Shown here one piece after another: positions 51,678 to 61,856 of a stretch of DNA of 64,000 nt. Positions within the stretch are counted from its first letter, which is position 1; each line of letters starts with the position of its first letter. The notes beneath the pieces were generated by a model. It worked only from the letters and a program-made list of their open reading frames with translations. It searched no databases and was not told where the DNA came from. This stretch comes from Clostridium sp. (GTDB lineage Bacteria > Bacillota > Clostridia > Clostridiales > Caloramatoraceae). The stretch is taken from NCBI RefSeq assembly GCF_036639235.1, contig NZ_JAVWJB010000007.1:9352-73351 (forward strand), given 5' to 3'. Made by a program: the position numbers and the translations under genes.

Positions 51678-52457
51678 TTAGTTTTTTAGTTTTTCTAGTT
51701 CTTCTAATAATTTGTCATTAAGTATCTTAATATGAGTTCCCTTCATTCCAAGAGATCTTGACTCAATAACACCAGCACTTTCAAATTTTCTAAGTGCATT
51801 AACGATAACAGATCTTGTAATACCTACTTTATCTGCAATCTTACTTGCTACTAATAATCCCTCGTTACCATCTAACTCACTAAAAATACGTTCAACAGCT
51901 TCAAGTTCTGAGTATGAAAGAGTTCCTAGTGCTAACTGTACAACAGCTTTCTTTCTAGCTTGCTCTTCTATCTCTTCATTTCTTGATCTAATAATTTCCA
52001 TACTTACGATTGCTGCACTATATTCTGCTAAAACAACATCTTCATCTGTAAAGTCTTTTGAGTATCTTGCTAAGATTAATGTTCCTAATCTTTCACGGTT
52101 ACCTATAATCGGAATAATAGTAATTGTTTTATTACTATTAATATCTTCTTCATATGAATTAAATACTGTATATTCTTTATCTTTAATATTAGCCTTTGTT
52201 TCTGTTAATTGTAATAACATTCCATTATACTCTTCATGGAACTTGTTGTCGCTTAATAATTTGTCTCTAACTAATTCTGCCTCATATTCATCATTAATAC
52301 CATGACCTAATATTTTACCTTTTCTACTTGATACATATACGTTGCATTCAAGTACATCACTTAATGTATCACATATATCTGAAAATAATACTGGCTCCAT
52401 AGCCGTTTTTTGCAGTATTTTATTTAGTCTTCTTGTTTTTTCTAAAAGAGTCGTCAT
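51678..52457 (-). CDS. codY: Global regulator CodY
   Basis: [44 protein letters not shown]. Confidence 0.98.
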   Translation of the reverse strand: MTTLLEKTRRLNKILQKTAMEPVLFSDICDTLSDVLECNVYVSSRKGKILGHGINDEYEAELVRDKLLSDNKFHEEYNGMLLQLTETKANIKDKEYTVFNSYEEDINSNKTITIIPIIGNRERLGTLILARYSKDFTDEDVVLAEYSAAIVSMEIIRSRNEEIEEQARKKAVVQLALGTLSYSELEAVERIFSELDGNEGLLVASKIADKVGITRSVIVNALRKFESAGVIESRSLGMKGTHIKILNDKLLEELEKLKN

Positions 52458-52711
52458 AACTTAATTACCTCCCTATAAACAAAATATTGTTTCTTATATT
52501 TATAAATTGACGAAATTCTAACACTTAATTGTTATTTTGCTGCCTAGTAATTCTTAATACATTTTAATAGTAATTGCTAAAACGTTCCCAAAACATTTAA
52601 TATTTCAATTAGTAATTATAACAAGTCCTATTAAACTTATCACATTAACTTAAAATTATCAATAACAATCCTTCAGTAATATTTAAATTCATAAGAGAGT
52701 CAATTTAAAGT

Positions 52712-54805
52712 TTATTCAGAAACTTTATCACTAGCAACTTCTTCTTTAACAACTTCTTCATAATCTTTGTTATTACAAATAAGTTTAGTTTCCTTTTTTG
52801 TTGTCTTTTCATATAGCACTTCACCACAAACTGGGCATTTCTTAGCTGTTGGTTTATTCCAGCTAACAAAGTCACAGTCTGGATATCCACTACATCCGTA
52901 GAATACTCTACCCTTCTTGCTTCTTCTAACAACCACCGGGTTTTCACACTTAGGACATGGAACATCAATTTCTTCAAGTATTGCTTTAGTGTTTTTACAC
53001 TCTGGATAATTCGGACAAGCTAAAAACTTTCCAAATCTACCTTTTTTAATAACCATATTTTCACCGCATTTATCACATAGAACATCACTAACCTCAACAG
53101 GCTCTTCAAGACTTATTTTAGCTATTTGTTCCTCAGCTGTTTTAATAAGTTCTTCAAGTGGTGAGTAGAAATTACCTACAACCTCTCTCCACTGCTCTTC
53201 ACCTGCTTCAATTTCATCAAGCTTTCTTTCCATGTTTGCAGTAAACTCTACATTTACTATGTTATTAAAATACTCGATCAATAATTCTGTTACAATTTCT
53301 CCTAGTTCTGTAGGAGCTAATGTTTTTTTCTCTCTTTGTACATATCCTCTATCAGTAATTGTACTAATAATTGGTGCATAAGTACTTGGTCTTCCTATTC
53401 CATTTTCCTCAAGTGTCTTAACAAGGCTTGCTTCAGTATATCTAGCTGGAGGTTGAGTAAAGTGCTGCTTTTTATCAACATCTTTTTGACTAAGAGTTTC
53501 ACCCTTTTCTATATTTGGAAGCTTTTTAGCCTCATCATCCTCTTCAACTTTATAGGTACTTAAGAACCCTTGGAACTTCAGTGTACTTCCTGTTGATTTA
53601 AATGAGTATTCTCCTACTGTAATATCAACAGAAACTGCACTAAATATCGCATCACTCATTTGACTTGCTATGAATCTACTCCAAATTAAGTTATAAAGTT
53701 TATATTGATCATTGGTTAATGATTCTTTTATTTTATCAGGACTTCTCATTGCTGAAGTTGGACGTACAGCTTCATGGGCATCCTGTGAACCACCCTTTGA
53801 CTTATAAACCCTTTCTCCCTTGTAAAGATAATCTTCTCCAAGTTCTTCAAGTATAAATGCTTTAGCTGCCTCTTTAGCTTCATCTGAAAGTCTAGTTGAG
53901 TCTGTTCTCATATATGTAATAAGACCCACAGTTCCTTCACCTTTAATATCTATACCTTCGTAAAGCTGCTGTGCAACTGACATTGTTTTTTTAGTTGTAA
54001 AGTTAATCTTCTTATATGCCTCTTGCTGAAGTGTACTTGTTGTAAAAGGAGCTGGTGGCGTTCTTTTTCTTTCACTATGTTTAACTTCTTCAACAACAAA
54101 ATCTTTGCCATTAATAGCTGTCAGTACCTTATTAACATCTTCCTCACTATCAAGTGGCATTTTAGTCTTGCCTATTCCATGAAATTTAGATTCAAAGCTT
54201 CCACCTTTTGATTTTAGGTTTGCAGTTAACGACCAGTATTCCTTAGGAATAAATTCATTAATCTCTTTTTCCCTATCTGAAATAAGTTTAACCGCAACTG
54301 ACTGAACTCTTCCTGCACTTAATCCCCATTTTACTTTTCTCCATAAAATAGGACTTATTTGATATCCAACCAGTCTATCAACTATTCTTCTTGCTTGCTG
54401 TGCATATACAAGATTAGTATTTATCTTTCTTGGATTTTTTATTGCAGCTTTTACAGCTGTTTTAGTAATTTCGTTAAATTCTATTCTTATATTATCATCA
54501 TCACTAAGTCCTAGTGCATGTGCTAAATGCCATGATATCGCTTCCCCTTCCCTATCAGGGTCGGTAGCTAGATAAACCTTAGTGCTTTTCTTGGCTTCCT
54601 TCTTTAAAGTACTAAGGATTTCTCCCTTTCCTCTAATTGTAATATATTTTGGTTCATAGTTATTCTCAATATCAACGCCAATTTGACTCTTTGGAAGGTC
54701 CCTTACATGTCCCATAGACGCATGGACTTTAAAGTTTTTCCCTAAAAACTTTGCTATGGTTTTAGCCTTGGCTGGTGATTCAACTATAACTAGGGACTGA
54801 GCCAT
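52712..54805 (-). CDS. topA: DNA topoisomerase I
   Basis: IVESPAKAK, ATDPDREGE, SAGRVQS, ITYMRTDS, C-terminal zinc ribbons. Confidence 0.98.
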   Translation of the reverse strand: MAQSLVIVESPAKAKTIAKFLGKNFKVHASMGHVRDLPKSQIGVDIENNYEPKYITIRGKGEILSTLKKEAKKSTKVYLATDPDREGEAISWHLAHALGLSDDDNIRIEFNEITKTAVKAAIKNPRKINTNLVYAQQARRIVDRLVGYQISPILWRKVKWGLSAGRVQSVAVKLISDREKEINEFIPKEYWSLTANLKSKGGSFESKFHGIGKTKMPLDSEEDVNKVLTAINGKDFVVEEVKHSERKRTPPAPFTTSTLQQEAYKKINFTTKKTMSVAQQLYEGIDIKGEGTVGLITYMRTDSTRLSDEAKEAAKAFILEELGEDYLYKGERVYKSKGGSQDAHEAVRPTSAMRSPDKIKESLTNDQYKLYNLIWSRFIASQMSDAIFSAVSVDITVGEYSFKSTGSTLKFQGFLSTYKVEEDDEAKKLPNIEKGETLSQKDVDKKQHFTQPPARYTEASLVKTLEENGIGRPSTYAPIISTITDRGYVQREKKTLAPTELGEIVTELLIEYFNNIVNVEFTANMERKLDEIEAGEEQWREVVGNFYSPLEELIKTAEEQIAKISLEEPVEVSDVLCDKCGENMVIKKGRFGKFLACPNYPECKNTKAILEEIDVPCPKCENPVVVRRSKKGRVFYGCSGYPDCDFVSWNKPTAKKCPVCGEVLYEKTTKKETKLICNNKDYEEVVKEEVASDKVSE

Positions 54806-54839
54806 ATTAACACCTCCGAATTTTCAATATAATAAGTGT

Positions 54840-54868
54840 ATTATAATGAAAGAAATATATAAAATCAA
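54840..54868 (-). promoter_or_regulatory. SigA promoter of topA
   Basis: TTGATT-17 bp-TATAAT. Confidence 0.65.
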
Positions 54869-54869
54869 G

Positions 54870-55931
54870 TTAACACACACTATATGTGTTACCATACACC
54901 CTTTTTATAAGTCTTGTACATTCCATTTTAGTAAGTATACTTATAAGTTTATGTCTTTCCATTGAAGACTTTAAAAACAGATCTTCAAAGCTTAATTCTT
55001 CAATAGTAAGTACACTTAGAATTCGCTTTTCTTCTGTTGACAAATTCATATCATAGGAAACAGGTTTATTTAATTCAATATCGAAATCTTCTAATATATC
55101 TCCTGGGTCTAAAACAACCTTTGCACCTTCTCTAATTAAACTATTAGTTCCACAGCTATTCTTAGATGTAATATTACCTGGTACTGCATATACTTCCCTT
55201 CCTTCTTGAAGTGAAAGTGCCGCAGTAATTAGAGATCCACTCTTTTGCGCAGCTTCAACAACAACAGTTCCTTTACTTAACCCACTAATAATTCTGTTTC
55301 TTTCAGGAAAGTGTGTTTTAAATGGTATTACCTCCGGAAAGTACTCACTAATAACAGCTCCATTTGATTCTATCTGATCATATATGTGACTATTAGTTGA
55401 TGGATATCTATGCATATGGCCACTTCCAATTACTCCAATTGTTTTTCCGCCACCTTCAATTGCACCAATATGTGATGCTGCATCTATTCCTAAAGCTATA
55501 CCTGAAACCACTGTTAGTCCGTGTTCACTTAAAGTTTTGGATATACTACGAGCAGTATTTTTCCCATATTCACTAGCACGCCTAGCTCCAACAACTGCAA
55601 TGCAGTTGTTAAAGTTAACTTCTTGCCCTTTAATAAACAGCCCAGTTGGAGGATTAAATGTATTTCTCAAATATTCAGGGTATTCTTTATCCCCAATAAA
55701 TATAAATCTAATCTTCTCCTTCTCTAAATACTTAGCAACATTATTATAATAGTCAGGATTTTTACTAGTTTCTATAGCCTCTATATCCTTACTACTAAGG
55801 CAGAGCTTTAATAGCTTTTCGTAACTGTAGCCATATAGTGAATTTAAGTTAACTCCTTCATCTATAAGTTGCAGCTTAACATTCTTATCAACATTAACAT
55901 TAGTAAACCATAGTTTCCTTAATAAATCCAT
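54870..55931 (-). CDS. dprA: DNA-processing protein DprA
   Basis: AVVGAR, VSGIALGIDAASH, FPERNRIISGLS, VEAAQKSGSLITA. Confidence 0.96.
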   Translation of the reverse strand: MDLLRKLWFTNVNVDKNVKLQLIDEGVNLNSLYGYSYEKLLKLCLSSKDIEAIETSKNPDYYNNVAKYLEKEKIRFIFIGDKEYPEYLRNTFNPPTGLFIKGQEVNFNNCIAVVGARRASEYGKNTARSISKTLSEHGLTVVSGIALGIDAASHIGAIEGGGKTIGVIGSGHMHRYPSTNSHIYDQIESNGAVISEYFPEVIPFKTHFPERNRIISGLSKGTVVVEAAQKSGSLITAALSLQEGREVYAVPGNITSKNSCGTNSLIREGAKVVLDPGDILEDFDIELNKPVSYDMNLSTEEKRILSVLTIEELSFEDLFLKSSMERHKLISILTKMECTRLIKRVYGNTYSVC

Positions 55932-55993
55932 ACCAATTCTCCTTAAAGATTATTAGTATGATTCTTATCATAATTAAATGTTTTTATACAATC

Positions 55994-57229
55994 TTATGAA
56001 TTTGTTGCATTTAGTGCAGCAACATATGCTGAGGACCATGCCCACTGAAGATTAAATCCTCCACAATCTCCGTCAATGTCAAGAACCTCACCTGCAAAAT
56101 ATAACCCTTCTTGAATCTTTGACTCCATTGTCTTTGGATTTATATCACGAACATTTACTCCACCAGCTGTTACCTGAGAAAATTCCCACCCTGTTGAGCC
56201 TGTTACCTTAAATGTCCATTTCTTTAGTAGTGAACACATTTCATCTATTTGTTTATTTGATAACTCATTAGATGGTCTAGTAATACCTTCAATTTTTAGG
56301 TCTTTCAATATTGTAGGTATTAGCTTCTTATTAATAAGACCTACAAGTGAAAACTCTATTGATTTATTATGTGAATTCTTAATTCGCTTTTTAAGAATTT
56401 CACTTAATTCAGCATGACTTATGTCCTTAAACATATCTACCTCAATATTACACTGGCCACTTTCATCTAAAACTTTTAGAGCATCTCTACTTAAATTCAA
56501 AATAGGTGGACCTGATATACCATAGTCTGTAAAGAGTATTTCTCCGTTTGAAGTGTTAATTTTTTTCCCATTTGATATTACACTAGCACTTCCTTGGAAC
56601 TTAACTCCTTTAATTGACTTAAGATTGCTATAATCTAGTTTAATTTGTACAAGTGCTGGGAAGGGTTCTACTAAAGAGTGACCTAATTCCCTAGCTAATT
56701 TATATCCTAAACCAGTAGAACCAAGCTTTTGACAAGACTTCCCACCTGTACAAATAATAACTTTATCAACAGAATAACTTCCTTCATCGGTTATTACTTT
56801 AAATCCATCCTTAATACTTTTAATATTTGTGACCTTTGAGTTAATCCTCTCACTAACACCTAAATACTCCAGTTCATGTCTTAAAACGTCAAGTATACTT
56901 GATGCCTGATCGCTATAAGGAAACACTTTTCCCATGTCTTCAACTTTACAATGAACACCAAGATCTTCAAAAAAATCAATTACCTTCTTTGAAGAAAACT
57001 CTCTTAAGGCTGATAGTGCAAACTTAGGGCTTTGTCCATGATATCTTGAAATATCTATATTAATATTAGTAATATTACATCTTCCATTACCTGTTGCAAG
57101 TATTTTCTTGCCAACCCTATCAAGCTGTTCAAACATAAAAATACTTGCACCAAATCTTGCTCCGTATATAGCTGCAGTTAATCCTGCTGCACCTGCACCT
57201 ATAATACCTATTTTAACTTTTCTATCCAT
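55994..57229 (-). CDS. HI0933/YhiN-family flavoprotein oxidoreductase
   Basis: GAGAAG, KILATGNGRCN, LFTDYGISGP, VTAGGV, FAGEVLDIDGDCGGFNLQWAWSS. Confidence 0.92.
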   Translation of the reverse strand: MDRKVKIGIIGAGAAGLTAAIYGARFGASIFMFEQLDRVGKKILATGNGRCNITNINIDISRYHGQSPKFALSALREFSSKKVIDFFEDLGVHCKVEDMGKVFPYSDQASSILDVLRHELEYLGVSERINSKVTNIKSIKDGFKVITDEGSYSVDKVIICTGGKSCQKLGSTGLGYKLARELGHSLVEPFPALVQIKLDYSNLKSIKGVKFQGSASVISNGKKINTSNGEILFTDYGISGPPILNLSRDALKVLDESGQCNIEVDMFKDISHAELSEILKKRIKNSHNKSIEFSLVGLINKKLIPTILKDLKIEGITRPSNELSNKQIDEMCSLLKKWTFKVTGSTGWEFSQVTAGGVNVRDINPKTMESKIQEGLYFAGEVLDIDGDCGGFNLQWAWSSAYVAALNATNS

Positions 57230-57391
57230 TCATACACCTCATAAGCTTTGTTCATTATGCTTCATTATACTAGTATGTTTTTAATATCGTCAACAAATTG
57301 TAGAAAAATCAAGACTATTAATAACTTTAATAATACTAAATGTTATAAATAAAAATTTTATGACTATACTCTAAACTAAGGAGTTGTTGTT

Positions 57392-58921
57392 ATGATTAGT
57401 TCAATTAATTCAATATCACTTCATGGCATTGACGGATATACAATCTCAGTAGAATCAGATGTTCAAAATGGTATCCCTATATTTAATATGGTAGGATTAC
57501 CGGATGCTGCTGTTAAAGAATCTAAGGAAAGGGTCCGCGTTGCTATTAAGAACTCTGGATACGACTTTCCACTTGCTAAAATTCTAATAAACTTTGCACC
57601 TGCCCACCTTAAAAAAGAAGGTTCACATTTTGACTTATCTATTGCTATTGGAATCCTCCACAATATAGGAACTATTAAAGATTTTAACTCAAAAGAATCC
57701 GCCTTTATTGGAGAGTTATCATTAGATGGTTCTATTAAACCTATAATTGGAGTGCTTGCAATGGTGCTCTCAGCTAAGAATCTAAATATTAAAAATATAT
57801 TTATTCCATATGATAACTTAAAAGAAGTGGAATATGTAGAAGGTATTAATATATTTCCATGTAAAAAGCTAATAAATGTTATTGAACACCTTAATGATAC
57901 AGAATATATCTCAAAGCTAACCTCTAATGACTTTAACCTTATAAACAGTGAATTATTTAATGACTTTGCTGATGTTAAAGGGCAAACCTTTGCAAAGCGT
58001 GCCTGTGAAATAAGTGCTAGTGGCAACCACAATATACTTTTTATAGGGCCACCTGGAACAGGTAAAACAATGCTTAGTAAATGTATGCCTTCTATAATAC
58101 CCCCTTTAAGTAAGGACGAAGCTATTGAAGTTAACAGTGTGCACAGCATAACCGGTGCATTTTTAGACAGCAAATCCCTTCATAAGGCTATACCATTTAG
58201 AAGTCCACATCATACTGCTTCTATTAGTTCAATTATAGGTGGAGGTGTATCCCCTATACCTGGAGAGGTTTCTCTTGCACATCTTGGTATATTATATCTT
58301 GATGAAATGCCTGAATTCAAAAGGGAGGTAATAGAGGCCCTTAGAGACCCTATCGAGTCTAAAACTGTCACAATATCCAGGGTTAAAGGAAAATATACCT
58401 ATCCCTGTAGATTCTTGCTTATTGGATCTATGAATCCCTGTAAGTGTGGATTCTACGGATATCCTTCAGAGCAAAAATCCTGTAGGTGTAATGACTATGA
58501 GATCAAAAAATATCTATCTAAAATCTCAGGTCCTATTTTAGATAGAATAGATTTGCATATATCAGTTGAAAATATTAAATACAAAGAAATTATGTCTATT
58601 AAACCCGAAGAGTCCTCATCTGAAATCTTAAAAAGAGTAACAAAATGTAGAGAAATACAGATAGATAGATTTAAAAACGATGGGATACAGTATAATTCTC
58701 AAATGCAAAGCCACCATATTAGAAAGTACTGTAATTTATCCAAAGAAACAAATTCATTCCTAGAATCCGCATATAATAGCCTCTCACTAAGTAGTAGATC
58801 CATTAATAAAATAATAAAAATCGCTAGAACTATAGCAGACCTTGAAGAGGGTCTCGATGTTACAATCGATAATATTGCAGAGGCTCTTCAGTATAGATAC
58901 TTAGATAGGAATATAATTTAA
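57392..58921 (+). CDS. comM: ComM/YifB Mg-chelatase-like AAA+ ATPase
   Basis: VGLPDAAVKESKER, KKEGSHFDL, GPPGTGKT, LDEMPEF, ISGPILDRID. Confidence 0.93.
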   Translation: MISSINSISLHGIDGYTISVESDVQNGIPIFNMVGLPDAAVKESKERVRVAIKNSGYDFPLAKILINFAPAHLKKEGSHFDLSIAIGILHNIGTIKDFNSKESAFIGELSLDGSIKPIIGVLAMVLSAKNLNIKNIFIPYDNLKEVEYVEGINIFPCKKLINVIEHLNDTEYISKLTSNDFNLINSELFNDFADVKGQTFAKRACEISASGNHNILFIGPPGTGKTMLSKCMPSIIPPLSKDEAIEVNSVHSITGAFLDSKSLHKAIPFRSPHHTASISSIIGGGVSPIPGEVSLAHLGILYLDEMPEFKREVIEALRDPIESKTVTISRVKGKYTYPCRFLLIGSMNPCKCGFYGYPSEQKSCRCNDYEIKKYLSKISGPILDRIDLHISVENIKYKEIMSIKPEESSSEILKRVTKCREIQIDRFKNDGIQYNSQMQSHHIRKYCNLSKETNSFLESAYNSLSLSSRSINKIIKIARTIADLEEGLDVTIDNIAEALQYRYLDRNII

Positions 58922-58950
58922 GCCTAGGGCGTTGCCCTAGGCTTTATTTT
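58920..58950. terminator. Bidirectional terminator between comM and aminopeptidase gene
   Basis: aagcctagggc-gtt-gccctaggctt. Confidence 0.85.
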
Positions 58951-60334
58951 AAGCTTCTATTAAGAAAGCTTTATATGCACGGTAAGTTTCATAAACATCT
59001 GCCTTACTTGATATTTCAAATGGAGCATGCATACTTAAAAGTGCTACTCCGCAGTCTATAACTTCCATACCATATTGAGCTAGTATGTAAGCAATAGTAC
59101 CTCCGCCTCCTTGGTCAACCTTACCAAGTTCAGCTGTTTGCCAAGTAATATTGTTTGAATTAAATATTCTACGTAGCTTTGCTACAAATTCTGCATTAGC
59201 ATCATTACATCCGCTTTTTCCTCTTGAGCCAGTGTACTTTGTTAAAACTACGCCCTTACCCATAAATGCAGCATTGTTTCTTTCAAGCACTGACTTATAC
59301 ATAGGATCCATAGCAGCTGTTACATCTGCTGAAAGCATACTTGAATTTGCAAGTGATTTTCTTAGATTAAGCTCTGAATATACTGAAAGTTTATCCATAA
59401 CCTCTGCAACGATATTCTCAAAGAATTTTGATTCCATACCAGTTGCACCAACACTTCCAATCTCCTCTTTATCAACAAATAATGAAACTACAGTCTTAGC
59501 TGGAGCTTCTATTTCAAGAATAGCCTTAAGTGAAGTAAATGCGCATATTCTGTCATCTTGACCATATCCCATAACCATACTTCTATCAAGCCCAACATCT
59601 CTTGACTTTCCAGCTGGTACTATTTCGATTTCAGCACTTACAAAATCTTCTTCAACTATTCCATACTTCTCATTAAGTATCTTTAAAATATTTGCCTTAA
59701 CCTTGTGTTTTGATTCACTATCTTTTAGTGGAATACTTCCAACTAGAATATTTAAATCTTCTCCCTCAATACCCTTTGCTAGTTTTTTCTCCATTTGATT
59801 AGATGATAGGTGAATTAAAAGATCTGTAATATAAACAACAGGATCTGATTCATCTTCCCCAATAACTATGTTAACTTTTTCGCCATTTTCTTTAATAAAT
59901 ACACCATGTATAGCTAGCGGTATAGTAACCCATTGGTATTTTTTAATTCCACCATAATAATGTGTTTCAAATAAAGCAAGCTCTTCATCTTGATATAATG
60001 CATTAGGCTTAAGATCTATTCTTGGAGAATCAATATGTGAACCTAATATGTTCATACCATCTACAATTGATTCACATCCAATAGTAAATAATACAACTCC
60101 TTTATGCTTATTAATTGCATAAACCTTATCTCCAGCTTTTAATGAATCATATTCATTAAGCTCTTTATATCCTGATGTTTTAGCTAAAGATACAATTGTA
60201 TCAACTGATTCTCTTTCAGTTTTAGATGTGTCTAAAAACACCTTATATTCTTCATTTAAGTTCATTACTTCTTTAATTTGCTCCTCAGTTGCATTTGCAT
60301 AGAAGCTTTCATATGTTTTTTCTAGTTTATTCAT
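58949..60334 (-). CDS. apeA: M18 family aminopeptidase 1
   Basis: GSHIDSPR, YGGIKKYQW, GYGQDDR, DKEEIGS, LSMHAPFE. Confidence 0.92.
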   Translation of the reverse strand: MNKLEKTYESFYANATEEQIKEVMNLNEEYKVFLDTSKTERESVDTIVSLAKTSGYKELNEYDSLKAGDKVYAINKHKGVVLFTIGCESIVDGMNILGSHIDSPRIDLKPNALYQDEELALFETHYYGGIKKYQWVTIPLAIHGVFIKENGEKVNIVIGEDESDPVVYITDLLIHLSSNQMEKKLAKGIEGEDLNILVGSIPLKDSESKHKVKANILKILNEKYGIVEEDFVSAEIEIVPAGKSRDVGLDRSMVMGYGQDDRICAFTSLKAILEIEAPAKTVVSLFVDKEEIGSVGATGMESKFFENIVAEVMDKLSVYSELNLRKSLANSSMLSADVTAAMDPMYKSVLERNNAAFMGKGVVLTKYTGSRGKSGCNDANAEFVAKLRRIFNSNNITWQTAELGKVDQGGGGTIAYILAQYGMEVIDCGVALLSMHAPFEISSKADVYETYRAYKAFLIEA

Positions 60335-60346
60335 TACGGCACCACC

Positions 60347-61288
60347 TTAATCCATCCAGTTTTTATTCTTAAAATATATAAATAATACAATAGATACTAA
60401 AACCATAACTATAATTACGTAAAGATAACCATAATCCCATCTATACTCAGGAATTTTAAAGTTCATACCATATATTCCTGTTATTAAAGTTAGAGGGGAA
60501 AATATCATTGCGATTATAGTAAATAGCTTCATAAGTTCATTTGTCTTATTAGCCATTTCGGTTTCAAAAGCTTCCCTAACAAGGGCTGTATATTGTACTA
60601 GACTCTCAAGTGAAAGCATTAATTTATCTATTTTAGAGTTTATATTCTTAAAGTTTCCTAATACATCCTCATCAAATATATTGTTTTCATTTGTAATTAA
60701 GTCATCTCCAACATATCTTAACGGTGCAACACTACGCCTTAAGGTATGAATTTGATGTCTTAAATGTATTAATGCATTAAGAAACTGTTTATTTGCATTT
60801 TTTAGTATATGTAATTCTAAATTATCTGCTATTTTTTCTAGTTTGGTTATTATTTCATAATCAGTTAGTATTATTTTATCTAGAATGTAGTAAAGCAGCT
60901 TTGATGGAGAACTTTTCGAGAAAAATGCACTGTTTTTACATGTTGTAAGATCATTCTCAAGCCTTGTTAAAACCTTAGCTTCATGTTCTGTAATTGTAAC
61001 TATAAACTTATTGTTTAAGAACACAACTAAATTATCTGAAGAAAGCTTACCTGCATCATAGTTCATAGATAAAAGAGACACTAGTGTGTATCTATCAAAA
61101 AACTCTACCTTTGCATTTTCAAGTTTCTTAATACACTCCTCATGTGTACAGATGCTTATATCCATGTATTTTTTAAGAATATCACATTCATCAAATGTAA
61201 TATTAAACCAATAAAAACAGTCTAAATTTAGATTAATTTCTTCTTCACTTATTAACTTACATTCTCCATCTAGGGCATATATATTCAT
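60347..61288 (-). CDS. corA: CorA-family Mg/Co transporter
   Basis: TNELMK, GIYGMNF signature, two C-terminal TM helices. Confidence 0.93.
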   Translation of the reverse strand: MNIYALDGECKLISEEEINLNLDCFYWFNITFDECDILKKYMDISICTHEECIKKLENAKVEFFDRYTLVSLLSMNYDAGKLSSDNLVVFLNNKFIVTITEHEAKVLTRLENDLTTCKNSAFFSKSSPSKLLYYILDKIILTDYEIITKLEKIADNLELHILKNANKQFLNALIHLRHQIHTLRRSVAPLRYVGDDLITNENNIFDEDVLGNFKNINSKIDKLMLSLESLVQYTALVREAFETEMANKTNELMKLFTIIAMIFSPLTLITGIYGMNFKIPEYRWDYGYLYVIIVMVLVSIVLFIYFKNKNWMD

Positions 61289-61848
61289 TATTCATCACCA
61301 GTTTTTATTATACCCCTTTCAGTGATAATATAATCCATAGCAATATCATGACTATCTGGATATGCATTATCTGTTACCTGAACTTCAAAGCAAACTCCTA
61401 CTTTTATTCCTTTATAATCCTTTAAAAATCTATCATAGTATCCTGCACCATAACCGATTCTAAATCCATTTCTATCAAATCCAACCCCTGGTACAAATAC
61501 AATATCAAGTTGATTTTTCTCAGCTAAATTATCAGGTTTCGGCTCTAGTATACCGTAATTTCCCTCTACAAGATCACCAAGACTCTTTATTATACAAGGT
61601 AGAATTACACTTCCATCTTTTATTGACTTTGGAAGCACAACCATCTTACCTTTTTCAAATCCATTATTAATAACATCATCTGTTAAAACTTCATTTCTAA
61701 ATGCGTAATAGGTCATAAACGTTTTACTGTTTATATACTTGTCCCATTTTAAAATATGACTATTAATAAGGCTGCTTAATGATTCTACCTCATTAATTGT
61801 TAAACTACTCCTATCTTCAAGTAGTTTTTTTCTAACTTCCTTTTTCAT
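61288..61848 (-). CDS. 5-formyltetrahydrofolate cyclo-ligase
   Basis: VPGVGFDRNGFRIGYGAGYYDRFL; ATG 61848 after SD gaggtg. Confidence 0.95.
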   Translation of the reverse strand: MKKEVRKKLLEDRSSLTINEVESLSSLINSHILKWDKYINSKTFMTYYAFRNEVLTDDVINNGFEKGKMVVLPKSIKDGSVILPCIIKSLGDLVEGNYGILEPKPDNLAEKNQLDIVFVPGVGFDRNGFRIGYGAGYYDRFLKDYKGIKVGVCFEVQVTDNAYPDSHDIAMDYIITERGIIKTGDE

Positions 61849-61856
61849 ATTGCACC

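Noticed and set aside
52712-52830. Third TopA zinc ribbon has only three Cys
   Set aside because: Degenerate terminal ribbons are common in TopA; no functional claim possible
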